From an uncultured archaeon (GTDB taxonomy: Archaea; Thermoplasmatota; Penumbrarchaeia; JASLWR01), in NCBI GenBank assembly GCA_964342815.1, contig CAYFHS010000002.1, forward strand, positions 278,282-342,281: DNA of 64,000 bases, read 5' to 3'. This document shows positions 9,109 through 19,662 of this stretch, one piece after another. The notes beneath the pieces are model-generated. The model did not search any database and had not been told where the DNA came from. It was given only the letters and a program-made list of their open reading frames with translations. How positions within the stretch are numbered: the first letter of the stretch is position 1; each line of letters starts with the position of its first letter. The translations under genes and the position numbers were made by a program.

Positions 9109-10935
9109 ATGGGAAAAATAATTGGAATAGATCTTGGAACTACCAACTCCGCCGTTGCCGTCATGGAAGGCGGCGAGCCCACAGTAATTCCCAATGCGGA
9201 AGGGGCAAGGGTCACGCCATCAGTAGTGGCGGTGACCAAGAACGGGGACCGTTTGGTAGGGCAGATCGCGAAGAGACAGGCGATAACGAACCCCAAGAAC
9301 ACTGTTGCCTCCATAAAGAGGAAAATGGGGACAAAGTATCGGGTAAAGATGGGTGGCGAACAGTACACGCCACAGCAAATATCCGCAATGATCCTTCGAA
9401 AGCTGAAGGAAGATGCGGAGAACTATCTTGGTGAGAAAGTGGAGGAGGCCGTGATCACGGTCCCCGCTTATTTCCACGATTCCCAGCGACAAGCGACCAA
9501 GGATGCTGGAAAGGTTGCCGGTCTGAAGGTGCGTCGTATTATTAACGAGCCCACTGCTGCGGCACTTGCTTACGGTCTAGACAAGGAAAAAGAGATGCGC
9601 ATACTGGTCTTCGACCTTGGTGGCGGAACCTTCGACGTTTCTATTCTTGAGATCGGAGAGGGCGTGTTCCAGGTAAAGTCCACAAGCGGGAACAATCTTC
9701 TTGGAGGAGATGATTTCGACAAGAAGATAATCGATTGGATGGCTCGGAAGTTCAAGAAAGAGAACGGCACCGATCTTCGCAAGGATCCAACCACCCTGCA
9801 GAGATTGAAAGACGCTGCAGAGAAGGCGAAGATCGAGCTATCGGGCGTACCCCAAACCAACATCAACATACCCTTCATTGCTCAGGTTGAAGGGGAGGCA
9901 AAGCATATCGATTACAATCTTACTAGAGCCACCTTCAACAAACTGACCAGTGATCTCATCGACAAGACCATGGGTCCCACCAAGAGGGCAATGAAGGATG
10001 CCGGTTTCAAGCCGTCGGATATAGACAAGATCCTTCTGGTAGGCGGTTCCATACGTATACCTGCCGTGCAGGATGCTATAAAGAACTATCTCAAAAAGGA
10101 GCCCTCGCGAGAAATCAACCCCGACGAGTGTGTATCCGTAGGCGCGGCGATCCAGGCAGGTGTGCTGGGTGGAGAGGTAAAGGACCTTCTGCTTCTGGAT
10201 GTAACGCCTCTATCTCTGGGCATCGAGACGCTTGGGAGTGTGATGACCAGAATAATCGAGAGGAATACCACCATACCGACATCGAAGAAGAAGATATTCT
10301 CCACTGCTGCGGACAGCCAGCCCGCGGTAGACATACACATCCTCCAGGGTGAGCGCCCCATGGCGCCGCAGAACAAGACGCTGGGCAAGTTCTCGCTGGT
10401 GGGAATCCCGCCGGCTCCCCGCGGGGTACCGCAGATAGAGGTGCAGTTCGACATAGATGTGAACGGTATACTTCACGTGTCGGCGAAGGACCTTGCCACT
10501 GGAAACGAGCAGGACGTGACCATCACAGCTACTGCCAGGTTGTCGGACAAAGAAATCGAAAAGATGCAGGGCGAAGCGGATACCCATGCCGAGGAGGACC
10601 AGAAAAAGCTGAAGCTCATCGAGGCGAAGAACAAGGCGGATACACTGGTTTATTCCACGGAAAAGGCAATGAAGGAGCACAAGGACAAGCTTGATGAAAG
10701 CAAGATCGACGACGTGACGGATGCTATCAAGAAGGTGAAAAAGGCCATGGAGGGCGACGACGCTGACGAGATAGATAAAGAATGCGAGGAACTCATGGAG
10801 ATATCGCAGCAGTTGTTCGCGGCCATGTACCAGGGGGTTGGGGATCAGGGGGACCACACCGGTTTCGAGGGAGCCTCAGACGGTGGGGATGCGGACGAAG
10901 ACGTTGTGGATGTGGACTACGACGATATGGACTGA
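9109..10935 (+). CDS. dnaK: Chaperone DnaK (Hsp70)
   Basis: [50 protein letters not shown]; lacks the N-terminal insert, as in archaeal and Gram-positive DnaK. Confidence 0.98.
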   Translation: MGKIIGIDLGTTNSAVAVMEGGEPTVIPNAEGARVTPSVVAVTKNGDRLVGQIAKRQAITNPKNTVASIKRKMGTKYRVKMGGEQYTPQQISAMILRKLKEDAENYLGEKVEEAVITVPAYFHDSQRQATKDAGKVAGLKVRRIINEPTAAALAYGLDKEKEMRILVFDLGGGTFDVSILEIGEGVFQVKSTSGNNLLGGDDFDKKIIDWMARKFKKENGTDLRKDPTTLQRLKDAAEKAKIELSGVPQTNINIPFIAQVEGEAKHIDYNLTRATFNKLTSDLIDKTMGPTKRAMKDAGFKPSDIDKILLVGGSIRIPAVQDAIKNYLKKEPSREINPDECVSVGAAIQAGVLGGEVKDLLLLDVTPLSLGIETLGSVMTRIIERNTTIPTSKKKIFSTAADSQPAVDIHILQGERPMAPQNKTLGKFSLVGIPPAPRGVPQIEVQFDIDVNGILHVSAKDLATGNEQDVTITATARLSDKEIEKMQGEADTHAEEDQKKLKLIEAKNKADTLVYSTEKAMKEHKDKLDESKIDDVTDAIKKVKKAMEGDDADEIDKECEELMEISQQLFAAMYQGVGDQGDHTGFEGASDGGDADEDVVDVDYDDMD

Positions 10936-10941
10936 TCTTTT

Positions 10942-10978
10942 GATATGGGGGGCTGTTCATCCCCCCCTATCTTCTTTT
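10942..10978 (+). terminator. G/C stem-loop with T-rich tail between dnaK and dnaJ
   Basis: GATA-T-GGGGGG...CCCCCCC-TATC followed by TTCTTTT. Confidence 0.5.
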
Positions 10979-11036
10979 CGATCTTGTCCATAATCGCCAT
11001 TGATTTTTCCCCCATGGATGATATGAGGTTCGACCC

Positions 11037-12131
11037 ATGGCGCAGAGGGATTATTACGAAGTACTTGGTCTCAAAAAGGACGCTTCCAAAGAAGAGATTA
11101 CCAAGGAGTATCGAAAACGGGCCTTGAAGTACCACCCCGACCGAAACCCGGACGATAAGAAGGCTGAGGAAAAGTTCAAGGAGGCCACGGAGGCTTACGA
11201 GGTTCTCTCGGACGCTGACAAGAAGGCCCAATACGACGAGTTTGGTCACGATGCCCAGGATCTCGGCAGCAGGGGTTTCCGGTATTCTTCTGGCTTTGAC
11301 ATCAACGACGCAATGAACATATTCATGCGGGATTTCGGTGGAAGAGGAGGAGGTTCCGACAACGATATCTTTTCAATGTTCGGTGGCATGGGCCGAAGCC
11401 GCTCCCAAAGAGGCGAGAATCTGGAATATACAGTGTCCATTCCCTTGAAAAAGGCATACGAGGGGGGCAAGGTCAGCATAACCGTTCCGAGGACCGTGGG
11501 CTGTAAAGCCTGCACCGGAACAGGTGCCGAGGGCGGGAAACTAAAGACCTGTCCGCAGTGCAAGGGCAGCGGCAGAATACAGAGCGGCCGATCGGGCGGT
11601 ATGGGCCAGATGTTCATGAGCATAGGCGCTTGCCCGTCCTGCGGGGGGAGGGGGAATACTGCTGATAAACCATGTAAGCGCTGCGGCGGCCAGGGGAGCA
11701 TGTCGGAAAAGAGCAGTATCAGCGTTGACGTCCCCAGAGGCATCATGTCCGGGAAGAAGATGCGGCTGCGCGGTAAAGGAAATGCAGGGGGTCCGGGAGT
11801 GCCCCCCGGGGATCTCTATCTCCGGGTCGAGGTGATGGAGGACGGAAAGTTCAAGCGGGAAGGGGATGACCTTTACCTTACCGTAGCAATCCCTTTTTAC
11901 AAGGCGATACTGGGGGCCGAGATCGAGGTTCGGACTATGGAGGGACGGTCCAGGGTGAAAGTGCCTCCTGGAATTCAACCGGGAGCAAAGCTCAGGCTGA
12001 AAGGTAAAGGAATGCCGAGAATGAAAGGTAACGGATCGGGGAATCTATATGTCGTTATAGCTGTGAAGATACCAAAACGATTATCGGAAAAGCAGAGGGA
12101 ACTTATAGCTGAATTTGAAAAATCGGAATAA
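11037..12131 (+). CDS. dnaJ: Chaperone DnaJ
   Basis: J domain with HPD, four CxxCxGxG repeats, C-terminal substrate-binding domain. Confidence 0.97.
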   Translation: MAQRDYYEVLGLKKDASKEEITKEYRKRALKYHPDRNPDDKKAEEKFKEATEAYEVLSDADKKAQYDEFGHDAQDLGSRGFRYSSGFDINDAMNIFMRDFGGRGGGSDNDIFSMFGGMGRSRSQRGENLEYTVSIPLKKAYEGGKVSITVPRTVGCKACTGTGAEGGKLKTCPQCKGSGRIQSGRSGGMGQMFMSIGACPSCGGRGNTADKPCKRCGGQGSMSEKSSISVDVPRGIMSGKKMRLRGKGNAGGPGVPPGDLYLRVEVMEDGKFKREGDDLYLTVAIPFYKAILGAEIEVRTMEGRSRVKVPPGIQPGAKLRLKGKGMPRMKGNGSGNLYVVIAVKIPKRLSEKQRELIAEFEKSE

Positions 12132-12134
12132 AAC

Positions 12135-12518
12135 TCATATCAACTTTTTCAGGTCCTCCATGTTTTCTTCGTAGGCCCCGATGACGATTTCCGTTGCCCC
12201 GAAGAATTCTGAGAAATCAAGGTCCTTCAATAAACGTTCATATCCAACGAATACGGCCCTGTCCTCGTTGAGTCCCCATTTGGCCATTAATGAAGTGTTG
12301 TTCAAGCGCAGGAGATGCTCGAATATACCGCACAGGTCTCCTCCAGATATTTTCAATCCCTCGCATCTGAAGCTTATTGAGGATTCCTTAAGAATTATAT
12401 AGAGGTCAATGATCTTTTTCTTGCCGGGGATCTTCACCTTGAAACCGTTCGTGTACTGGGTAATGTCCTCGTATTTCGCTTTTTTAATGAATTTCTTGAT
12501 CTTTGTCATATCCGTCAT
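12135..12518 (-). CDS. YbjN/CesT-like chaperone-fold protein
   Basis: 127 aa; LLRLNNTSLMAKWGLNEDRAVFV resembles the YbjN core; converges with dnaJ. Confidence 0.5.
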   Translation of the reverse strand: MTDMTKIKKFIKKAKYEDITQYTNGFKVKIPGKKKIIDLYIILKESSISFRCEGLKISGGDLCGIFEHLLRLNNTSLMAKWGLNEDRAVFVGYERLLKDLDFSEFFGATEIVIGAYEENMEDLKKLI

Positions 12519-12735
12519 ATGAAAATCCTCCCGGATGGGTGCGAAAATACAATGATGATATATTATGGTTTTGCCCTGCTAAGGGGTCAAATATGCCCCG
12601 GAGGAAAAATATGTAAAACAAATTTTTGACAAACTATTTTCCCCTCGAATAGAATGAATTAGTTCCGTCCACAATTATTATTCAATTCCCCATTATTGTA
12701 TTATAGTCCTACTATTTACATTTGGGAAGAGTTCA

Positions 12736-13563
12736 TTGGAAAGTTATTTATTGTACAATGTATTGTCAAATATGATGTCAGCTTTCGGTTCAAAAGAGAA
12801 TGATGATTCTTTAAGGGTAACAAAGTTGGATCTTGTTCTTAAAACAATTATGCTTCTGACCATTTTCATCTTCATAACATTGTACCTTTTATTCTTCGAC
12901 TTCTCATGGCAGTATTCATGGGTGGTCTTTAACCTGGGGGTGGGGTATATGATCCTTACAAATGGAAAACGAAGGAATTATTATCTTCGTTTCTTCAAGG
13001 GCTTTCTGGAAATAAAGGTGTGGGCCTATGCTGCTCTCAATATATTTCTTGTAGTGGGGACAATGGTCCTGTTCTTTTTCATAAGCAGCGGCTCAACAGG
13101 TGGGGGAAGTGACGGAGGCGGTGGCAACCCCTTTGTTTCAAATCCACTTTTTCTACTTTTCCTCATTCCCATCGTCCCCATCTTTGCCGATGCTGAAACC
13201 AGAATCTTCCAGGGACTTATAATAAAAAAGATAATGGGTCGATATCTGACCTCCTGCAAGAGCTGTCAGAAGAAAGCGCTTGCTCTTGAAAAATGTGATC
13301 TGTGCGGAAATGACACCGGTGTCTCTAAGGTCCGGGAGCTGTCCCACCTTTATCTCTCAAAGGTCGCTGTTTTTGTTTCAGCTTTCGTATTCGCTCTGGT
13401 ACATGTGATCCTCACCTGGAATGTAGGCACATTCATCCTCATAGTCGGTGGTTATCTTCTCGGCCACCTGTACATAAAGGAGGGTGCGGTAATGGTGGCA
13501 AAGGTGCACATGATTTATAATTACATTTTACTTTTCATATTAATAATCTCTATGTTTATGTGA
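12736..13563 (+). CDS. CPBP (CAAX protease/Abi) family intramembrane metalloprotease with inserted zinc ribbon
   Basis: Multiple TM segments; FVFALVH (FxxxH) and VHMIYN (HxxxN); motif 1 degenerate (AETRIFQG); CKSC...CDLC insert. Confidence 0.7.
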   Translation: MESYLLYNVLSNMMSAFGSKENDDSLRVTKLDLVLKTIMLLTIFIFITLYLLFFDFSWQYSWVVFNLGVGYMILTNGKRRNYYLRFFKGFLEIKVWAYAALNIFLVVGTMVLFFFISSGSTGGGSDGGGGNPFVSNPLFLLFLIPIVPIFADAETRIFQGLIIKKIMGRYLTSCKSCQKKALALEKCDLCGNDTGVSKVRELSHLYLSKVAVFVSAFVFALVHVILTWNVGTFILIVGGYLLGHLYIKEGAVMVAKVHMIYNYILLFILIISMFM

Positions 13564-13573
13564 GGTAGTATTA

Positions 13574-16500
13574 ATGGCTCGAAAGTATGTTTTCCCGGCG
13601 GTGGCCCTGCTTCTGGTGGTACTCACCGGAGCAACCATTCGGGATGCACTTGATCTTGAGGTCTATAATCCCGGTTATGGGATGTCGGCCGTGTTTGTCA
13701 ATGGAACCACCCATGTTCTGGCCCAGGATTTTGTCAACATGAAATCAGACCTACGGTATTTTGAAATAGACCCCGAGGGAAAACTGGTGGAAAATCGGAT
13801 AGTGTACGAAGGAGAGGACGATTCCATTTCGCCTAAATTGACCGTATATGACGGCAGTCCATATTCAGCCTGGCTTATTGTGGAACCGGGGGAATCACAG
13901 GGGAAAATACAGTTCTCCGGTCTCAAAAGTCGTGGGCTTGATCCAGTATTGCTGGATGGTGACAACTGCAGGAGACTGCATATGGAAGCTGCTGCAAATA
14001 TTGTACTGGTGTATCACAGGGAAAAAGATATTTATGCAATTTCGGGGAAACCAAGTGATATTCTGGCAAAAAAAACATCTCCGGTCTTACTTTACAGCTC
14101 TGAAGGGGAAATCACCGCACTGGATTTTGCTGCCCACGGTAGCAGCATTTCTGTTTTCTGGTCGGAAAGGTCCGCTGGGTCGGAGTTAAATCAAACCCGC
14201 ATCATGATGCTGAACAGGAACCTGTCCAACCCGGATGATCTGTCCCAGCCAGAGGAATTACTAAACAGCGCTCGGGAAATAAATTCAATGAAATGCGATG
14301 CTAGCTCAGAGAGGTTCTGCTTAAGCTATGCTGAGTATATTTCCGGAGATGAGGAATTTTCCAGCATCCAGCTCTGGGCATTGGAGTCCTCCCTTTTTGG
14401 AAATTTCAGCTCCCCGGTGAAAATAGGTTCAGGGAAGAGCGCTTCCATTCCACGTTTTGTCAATTATGATGGAAATCAAGCCTGGATTGTATGGTCGGAT
14501 AATGAAGTTTACAGAAGAATGCTGGATGAGGGGGAAAGAGGTGAAGACCTGAGTCGAAGGAATTTTGAGATTTATTCGTGCAGCATTGTAAACGAGAGCA
14601 GTTCCGTCCCGGTAATGCTGACCTCTGCAGACTCCGAGCGAAGTATAGGTGTTGTCCTTGTTACTAATAATGATCGAACCATTATATGGATGGACCTGGC
14701 GGACGGCTATAACCTGTATATGAGCCCGTGGCACGGGGCTGCAATCGGAAAATCCACCGATCTGACCGGAAATGAAACACCCGGTATAGGTTCTATGATG
14801 GCAATGTTGATGATTCCCCTGATAATCGGCATGGTTGCCGTCTTCGTATGGAAGTTCAGGGCACAGAAAAAAGCCCAGGTAAAGGGTCCCGAAGAGCTGA
14901 GGAAAACAGTAGAGCTGGAGTTTGTAAAGTTCGTTGACCTGAGAAGCTATGTCTTTCTCAAATGGTTCTTCTTAATCGCCGGCGGGACCTTTATGATTCT
15001 GTTCATGGTTCTTGGAATAATGTCTGATGAATATTTGGAACCCGGGTTCCGCATATTTCCCCTCGGCATATTCCTCAATCTCATGGCTTTAATAATGGGA
15101 GCTTCCGTATTGTACAAACTGAGCGATGAAAAGGATGTTAGTCAATATCACAGGATCGGCATATACCTCACGTTGGGGGCGTTGGTACTTGCTGCAGTAG
15201 GCGTAGGGGCATTCGGTGCCGTTCAGTATCTAGGGTGGAAACCGATAGGTGCTGCTACCTTTTCAATTCACGTAAGTTCCATCCTTTCTTTTTCCCTGGC
15301 AATGGCAGGCCCCAGCGTAATTATTGCAGGGGCTACAGGGAGAAAAGGTCCTCTCTTAGCAGCGGTAGCCTATGTGATGGTACCCATCAATCTGATTTAC
15401 GGATTGTGGCAATATTCCGAGAATTCTTTCTTTCCCTATATCAGGTGCCCGGCTTATTATCTGAGCTCTACAAATCTGATGCCGATTATGGTAATCACAA
15501 TGATGGTGTCCATCTTTTTCACCATGATGCTGATCAAGTCACTTGGCCGGGAAAAGGTAAAGAAGCTCAAGGATTGGACGGCAGATGACCTGAGTATTCT
15601 GAGACGGAACGCCCTTATCTTTGTGGGGTTGATGACAGTTATGTTTTTAGGATTGGAGATTTTTATGTTCTGGGACTTAGGTTTTCAATTTGAGATAGAT
15701 ACCACCATGTTGGTCTTTGGTGCCCTTTTCGTAGTTATGACCCTGATGTTGCACAAGATGATGACCATAAGAATGACCCCGGAACAGGCAAAAAAGGCCA
15801 TGGCCGACTCGCCTTCAAATTTTATTTTTGGGGGTTATGCAATGCCTCTAATTACACTGATAATGTCGTTTGTGTGCGGTATGCTCTTTGGCATTATCGG
15901 AGGATTGATCTTTGTGGGATTTTTTTTCTATCAGGAATACTCTTTTGATCGTTTTTTAAGACAAAAAGGATTTGAATATATAAAGCAAGCTCCAAAGGTC
16001 ATTGAGGATATCAAGAAGGAGGATAAGGCGGATAGGATAATAATCGACAAGGGGAGGCGGTTTACCAGAGTCCAGGTGGCGAAGTATATAAACAGGAACG
16101 AGAGGATGATCCTCACATTGCATGGAATACTGTATATCGTAACGGCGTTGATGGCAAGCGGAGGCCTGAAACATCCAGCGGCCGATGGAATTGGCGGAAT
16201 CATCCGGCTGGTTTTGGTTTCGGCAGGCCTTCTCATTCAAACGGGTCTGGTAATTTATCTGCTCGTAAACTTTCGAAGAATTGGCCAGGCTCGATCCTTG
16301 ACCGAACTTATTCAGTACAATGGTAAAACCGGTATGGAGGTGATGGGATACGTGGTGATATTCTTTTTAACCTTACTGGGAATGGACAAGATCGGTTTTA
16401 TTTCCATCTCTTCTCTGGTAATTCTCGGTGGGGTCATTACTCTTATGAGCATTTACAAAGTGAAGAAAAAGAACGTTTCTCTTCCTAATGGGGCATATCT

Positions 16501-17974
16501 GGTCAAGGGCCCCCATGCTCTGGGACTCAAGAGGTATGTGGATTCCCGCGAAGCCGCAAAAAAGGCCAGGGAAAAGGGTATAGTGTCTCTTATCGGAGAT
16601 GAGGTCATTCCGGTTCATTCCTCCAGGGATAGCGGAAAAACACGGCTCGATGGGTCTGACTCCTCTTCTGAAACCCCTCCGGCAGATACGGAAAAACCTC
16701 GAAAGATAGGGGAGGGGGAGCATGGAGCGGTACTGTGCCAGGAACCCAGCGACATGTTTGAAAAGAGGAAAAAGCAGTCCCTTTATGTGGCAATATTTAT
16801 TATGGCAATGCCCTTTATTTTCGGGGGAATTCTCGGCTTTCAGCTGTCCATTATGGTTGAGAGCATCAACAAGACTGTGTTGTGTATCGCCCCCTCATTG
16901 ATCCTTGTTCCCATATTTCTGGGGCTCGGCGTCACCATGGTGAAGAGACGAGAAAAACTGAAGCCCATAACATTTCACGATTACGGGATCTCTTTATCAA
17001 ATCTCCTGGGCAAAGAGATGTTCATCCCATACGGTTTTATAGAAAAATTCAATATCTCCGCAGGACCGAAGGGTAGAATTTTCCAGGGGGTCCAGAAAGG
17101 ATATCCCCTGAATATACTCGTATGGCCCGAGCTGGAGGCCCTCATACCTTCGCTGGAGAAACGCTTTGGGAATCCCGACTATATACCTACAGCCAAAAAG
17201 GCACCCGTTTCACATAGAGGAAAGGAAACCTTTGTCTATATATGCTCCCTCCCGTTGGGTTTTCTATTTTCAGCTCTGATAGCCGTACAAGGAGATATGG
17301 ATAATTTTTGGCCCAACGCTCTGGGAATGATGCCGCTGGGTGTTTCCATTTCCCTTGTCCTGTCCACCAGGGTCGCTGGCCTGATCCTTAAGAACAGGCA
17401 GTACAAACCTGACCCCAGACCGTTCTTTGCGGTTCTAGTGGTGGGTTTGGTGCTGGGGATCCCGGCCTGGTTCATCATTCCACCGGGCAACTTCATAATG
17501 TCGAATAATGATGAGCACCAAATGGAAATGGATGACTTTCTTTCATCCATGACAAGTACCGGATTGATCAACGATACTGAATTATTACTTGAAGATAGTC
17601 TGGTGGTTGATGATGAACTGTCCATGGTGAATGTTACGCTTGAGCTGCAGTGCACAGTTGGCGGTCAATATGCCGTCTATGTGGGTGAGAACGCAAGGTT
17701 GACGCTGATCAATTGTACTGTAAAGGGCCGGAGTCGAGATCTGGGTGCCGCCTTTGAGGTACACGGGGAACTGGAAGCCACTGATACTACCTTTTATTGG
17801 ATCTTCGGGACCACCGATCAAACAAATGGCCAGGGAGGCATCGAGTTTTACAGCTCATATGGGAATTTCCAAAGCTGCACATTCCGGGATATGCTGACCA
17901 ATGCTGTTATGGAGTTCGATTCGGAAATTTTCTTTAACGACTGTGTTTTTGAGAATGTGGTGACGAATGCGTAG
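13574..17974 (+). CDS. Very large polytopic membrane protein: signal peptide, ~400-aa extracellular domain, many TM helices, C-terminal right-handed beta-helix; probably continues into 17977-18351 across a frameshift
   Basis: 1466-aa ORF with hydrophobic stretches; the C-terminus has beta-helix repeats (LTLINCTV, FQSCTFRD, FNDCVFEN) that end abruptly. Confidence 0.75.
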   Translation: MARKYVFPAVALLLVVLTGATIRDALDLEVYNPGYGMSAVFVNGTTHVLAQDFVNMKSDLRYFEIDPEGKLVENRIVYEGEDDSISPKLTVYDGSPYSAWLIVEPGESQGKIQFSGLKSRGLDPVLLDGDNCRRLHMEAAANIVLVYHREKDIYAISGKPSDILAKKTSPVLLYSSEGEITALDFAAHGSSISVFWSERSAGSELNQTRIMMLNRNLSNPDDLSQPEELLNSAREINSMKCDASSERFCLSYAEYISGDEEFSSIQLWALESSLFGNFSSPVKIGSGKSASIPRFVNYDGNQAWIVWSDNEVYRRMLDEGERGEDLSRRNFEIYSCSIVNESSSVPVMLTSADSERSIGVVLVTNNDRTIIWMDLADGYNLYMSPWHGAAIGKSTDLTGNETPGIGSMMAMLMIPLIIGMVAVFVWKFRAQKKAQVKGPEELRKTVELEFVKFVDLRSYVFLKWFFLIAGGTFMILFMVLGIMSDEYLEPGFRIFPLGIFLNLMALIMGASVLYKLSDEKDVSQYHRIGIYLTLGALVLAAVGVGAFGAVQYLGWKPIGAATFSIHVSSILSFSLAMAGPSVIIAGATGRKGPLLAAVAYVMVPINLIYGLWQYSENSFFPYIRCPAYYLSSTNLMPIMVITMMVSIFFTMMLIKSLGREKVKKLKDWTADDLSILRRNALIFVGLMTVMFLGLEIFMFWDLGFQFEIDTTMLVFGALFVVMTLMLHKMMTIRMTPEQAKKAMADSPSNFIFGGYAMPLITLIMSFVCGMLFGIIGGLIFVGFFFYQEYSFDRFLRQKGFEYIKQAPKVIEDIKKEDKADRIIIDKGRRFTRVQVAKYINRNERMILTLHGILYIVTALMASGGLKHPAADGIGGIIRLVLVSAGLLIQTGLVIYLLVNFRRIGQARSLTELIQYNGKTGMEVMGYVVIFFLTLLGMDKIGFISISSLVILGGVITLMSIYKVKKKNVSLPNGAYLVKGPHALGLKRYVDSREAAKKAREKGIVSLIGDEVIPVHSSRDSGKTRLDGSDSSSETPPADTEKPRKIGEGEHGAVLCQEPSDMFEKRKKQSLYVAIFIMAMPFIFGGILGFQLSIMVESINKTVLCIAPSLILVPIFLGLGVTMVKRREKLKPITFHDYGISLSNLLGKEMFIPYGFIEKFNISAGPKGRIFQGVQKGYPLNILVWPELEALIPSLEKRFGNPDYIPTAKKAPVSHRGKETFVYICSLPLGFLFSALIAVQGDMDNFWPNALGMMPLGVSISLVLSTRVAGLILKNRQYKPDPRPFFAVLVVGLVLGIPAWFIIPPGNFIMSNNDEHQMEMDDFLSSMTSTGLINDTELLLEDSLVVDDELSMVNVTLELQCTVGGQYAVYVGENARLTLINCTVKGRSRDLGAAFEVHGELEATDTTFYWIFGTTDQTNGQGGIEFYSSYGNFQSCTFRDMLTNAVMEFDSEIFFNDCVFENVVTNA

Positions 17975-17976
17975 AG

Positions 17977-18351
17977 ATGAACGGCGGCAGGGTGGAATTG
18001 GTCAATTGTACTCTGGAGAACAGCGATTTTAGCCTGGGATGTTTCAATGGAGCAAGATTAATAGTGGATTCCTGTACATTCATCCGGTGTAATAATGCCT
18101 GCTGGAGTGCTGGCGGAGGAAATGATCTGAAAATTACAGGCTCAACATTTAGAGACTGTGAGGTCGCAGTTCGCACCAAGATAGGTGATGATCTGATAAC
18201 TGAGGGCCTGGTCTTTGAAAACTGCGGTATCGAGATAGATACCAATGTTTTGAACTTCAGCAATTATCTTTGCGGGGGCTTGCTCATATTTAGCGTTCTT
18301 GTGCCCGTACTTGTTTACTTCGTGAAAAAGAAACGGGGAAAAGACTATTGA
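17977..18351 (+). CDS. C-terminal part of the preceding protein (beta-helix repeats, TM anchor, basic tail)
   Basis: LVNCTLENS, IVDSCTFIRC, ITGSTFRDC continue the upstream repeat; ends GGLLIFSVLVPVLVYFVKKKRGKDY. Confidence 0.7.
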   Translation: MNGGRVELVNCTLENSDFSLGCFNGARLIVDSCTFIRCNNACWSAGGGNDLKITGSTFRDCEVAVRTKIGDDLITEGLVFENCGIEIDTNVLNFSNYLCGGLLIFSVLVPVLVYFVKKKRGKDY

Positions 18352-18472
18352 GCGGGCAATGGTGCCAGCTGAATATCGGAGAAGCTCGGATGATCAAAAT
18401 CAAAGCAAATTAATTATTATATAACGCCGTTATATGTTTATAATTGTTTGACCCAGTAACAGGGCGAAATAC

Positions 18473-19204
18473 ATGAAGAGATTAGTTTTTTTTATTTCAA
18501 TAGTTATTATCCTTGCCGAATCATTTTTGATAATAAACGGCTTGTCTACTTCCGGAGAAAATCCCGATCAAGCGGATAATGAGCTTCAGTACTACAGCAT
18601 AACTGGTAGGATATTGCCTCCCAATGCCACAATGAACACCTGCTGCCAGGGGACCGTTCCCTTTTTCGATAACGCCACGGGTGATTTCAAAATGGACGAT
18701 CTTAAGAATGGTGAATACAGATTAGCGTTTGCCTCTCCAGGATATGAAACCCATCTGGAAATTATACAGATTGACGGTTCGGATGTAGATCTGGGGACCA
18801 TACAAATGTTAAAGGAAGGAGAAGGACCCAGCTATTATATCGTCTCGGTGGGCCCCTGGCTCGATGCTGATGGCAAAGGAATTGCCGGGATAATCGTTTC
18901 TTATGAGAAGGATGGCGATAGTTACTGGAACATAACCGATGATAACGGTTTCGCATGGATCAAGGGACCGGTGGAATCCATCGAGGACGGAGCTTCCATG
19001 ACCGCGAGTTTCAAAACCAGAAAATTGATCTGGAAATGGAATTTGGACAGCCCCCCGTACAACGTTTTCATCACAAGGAAAGTGGAATCCAAAGAATCCT
19101 ACAGAATGTTGATCATAATAATCGGTGTTCTTCTAATACTATTAATGGCCGCTGTGCTTTTCGTACGTATTTTCCGTGGCAGGGATAAAGGTAATCTGCA
19201 GTGA
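18473..19204 (+). CDS. Secreted, C-terminally anchored protein with carboxypeptidase-regulatory-like (Ig-like) domains
   Basis: N-terminal signal; ITGRILP...GEYRLAFASPGYE; C-terminal TM followed by RIFRGRDK. Confidence 0.7.
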   Translation: MKRLVFFISIVIILAESFLIINGLSTSGENPDQADNELQYYSITGRILPPNATMNTCCQGTVPFFDNATGDFKMDDLKNGEYRLAFASPGYETHLEIIQIDGSDVDLGTIQMLKEGEGPSYYIVSVGPWLDADGKGIAGIIVSYEKDGDSYWNITDDNGFAWIKGPVESIEDGASMTASFKTRKLIWKWNLDSPPYNVFITRKVESKESYRMLIIIIGVLLILLMAAVLFVRIFRGRDKGNLQ

Positions 19205-19372
19205 ATTCCGTCTAAATCAGGTATTATTTAAAGTCAATATCAATTATTTAGAACAATTTGGGGTGGCCGGTACCAGTTAGTAGACAAAGCACCTTCTTTG
19301 TTTGTGACACCCAGATTAATGAATTTATCGGGAAAACATATGGAGAATTTTTAATTACCATAACTTCCTATA

Positions 19373-19657
19373 GTGGAAAGAATCATAACGATTTTACAAA
19401 CAAAGGTGATCATTCTGGTTGACGACAATATTAATGAACTGAATGCCATGGTAGCCGGACTGAAAAGACGGCTCGAAGCGGCCATCGAGGACGGAATAAT
19501 CGACAGGCAAGAGAACGAAGACGTCATGTGGAGGATAAAGGAGATCGAGATGACCATCCTCAACGATGGAATAATCACGAAGAAGGAACGGGCCCTGATG
19601 CGCGAGGCCCAGGAAATGCTTGACTCCTATTACTCCAGAGCCGAGAAAAAGATATAA
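19373..19657 (+). CDS. Small helical hypothetical protein with two DGII-x2-KE type motifs
   Basis: AIEDGIIDRQE and ILNDGIITKKE; start codon uncertain. Confidence 0.55.
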   Translation: MERIITILQTKVIILVDDNINELNAMVAGLKRRLEAAIEDGIIDRQENEDVMWRIKEIEMTILNDGIITKKERALMREAQEMLDSYYSRAEKKI

Positions 19658-19662
19658 AGATG

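Noticed and set aside
17972-17974. TAG as a pyrrolysine read-through codon
   Set aside because: The downstream continuation is in a different frame, so a frameshift explains it and read-through does not.
19261-19312. tRNA-like sequence (GGGTGGC...CAGTTAGTAGAC...GACACCC)
   Set aside because: About 52 nt, no T-loop and no cloverleaf; at most a simple hairpin.
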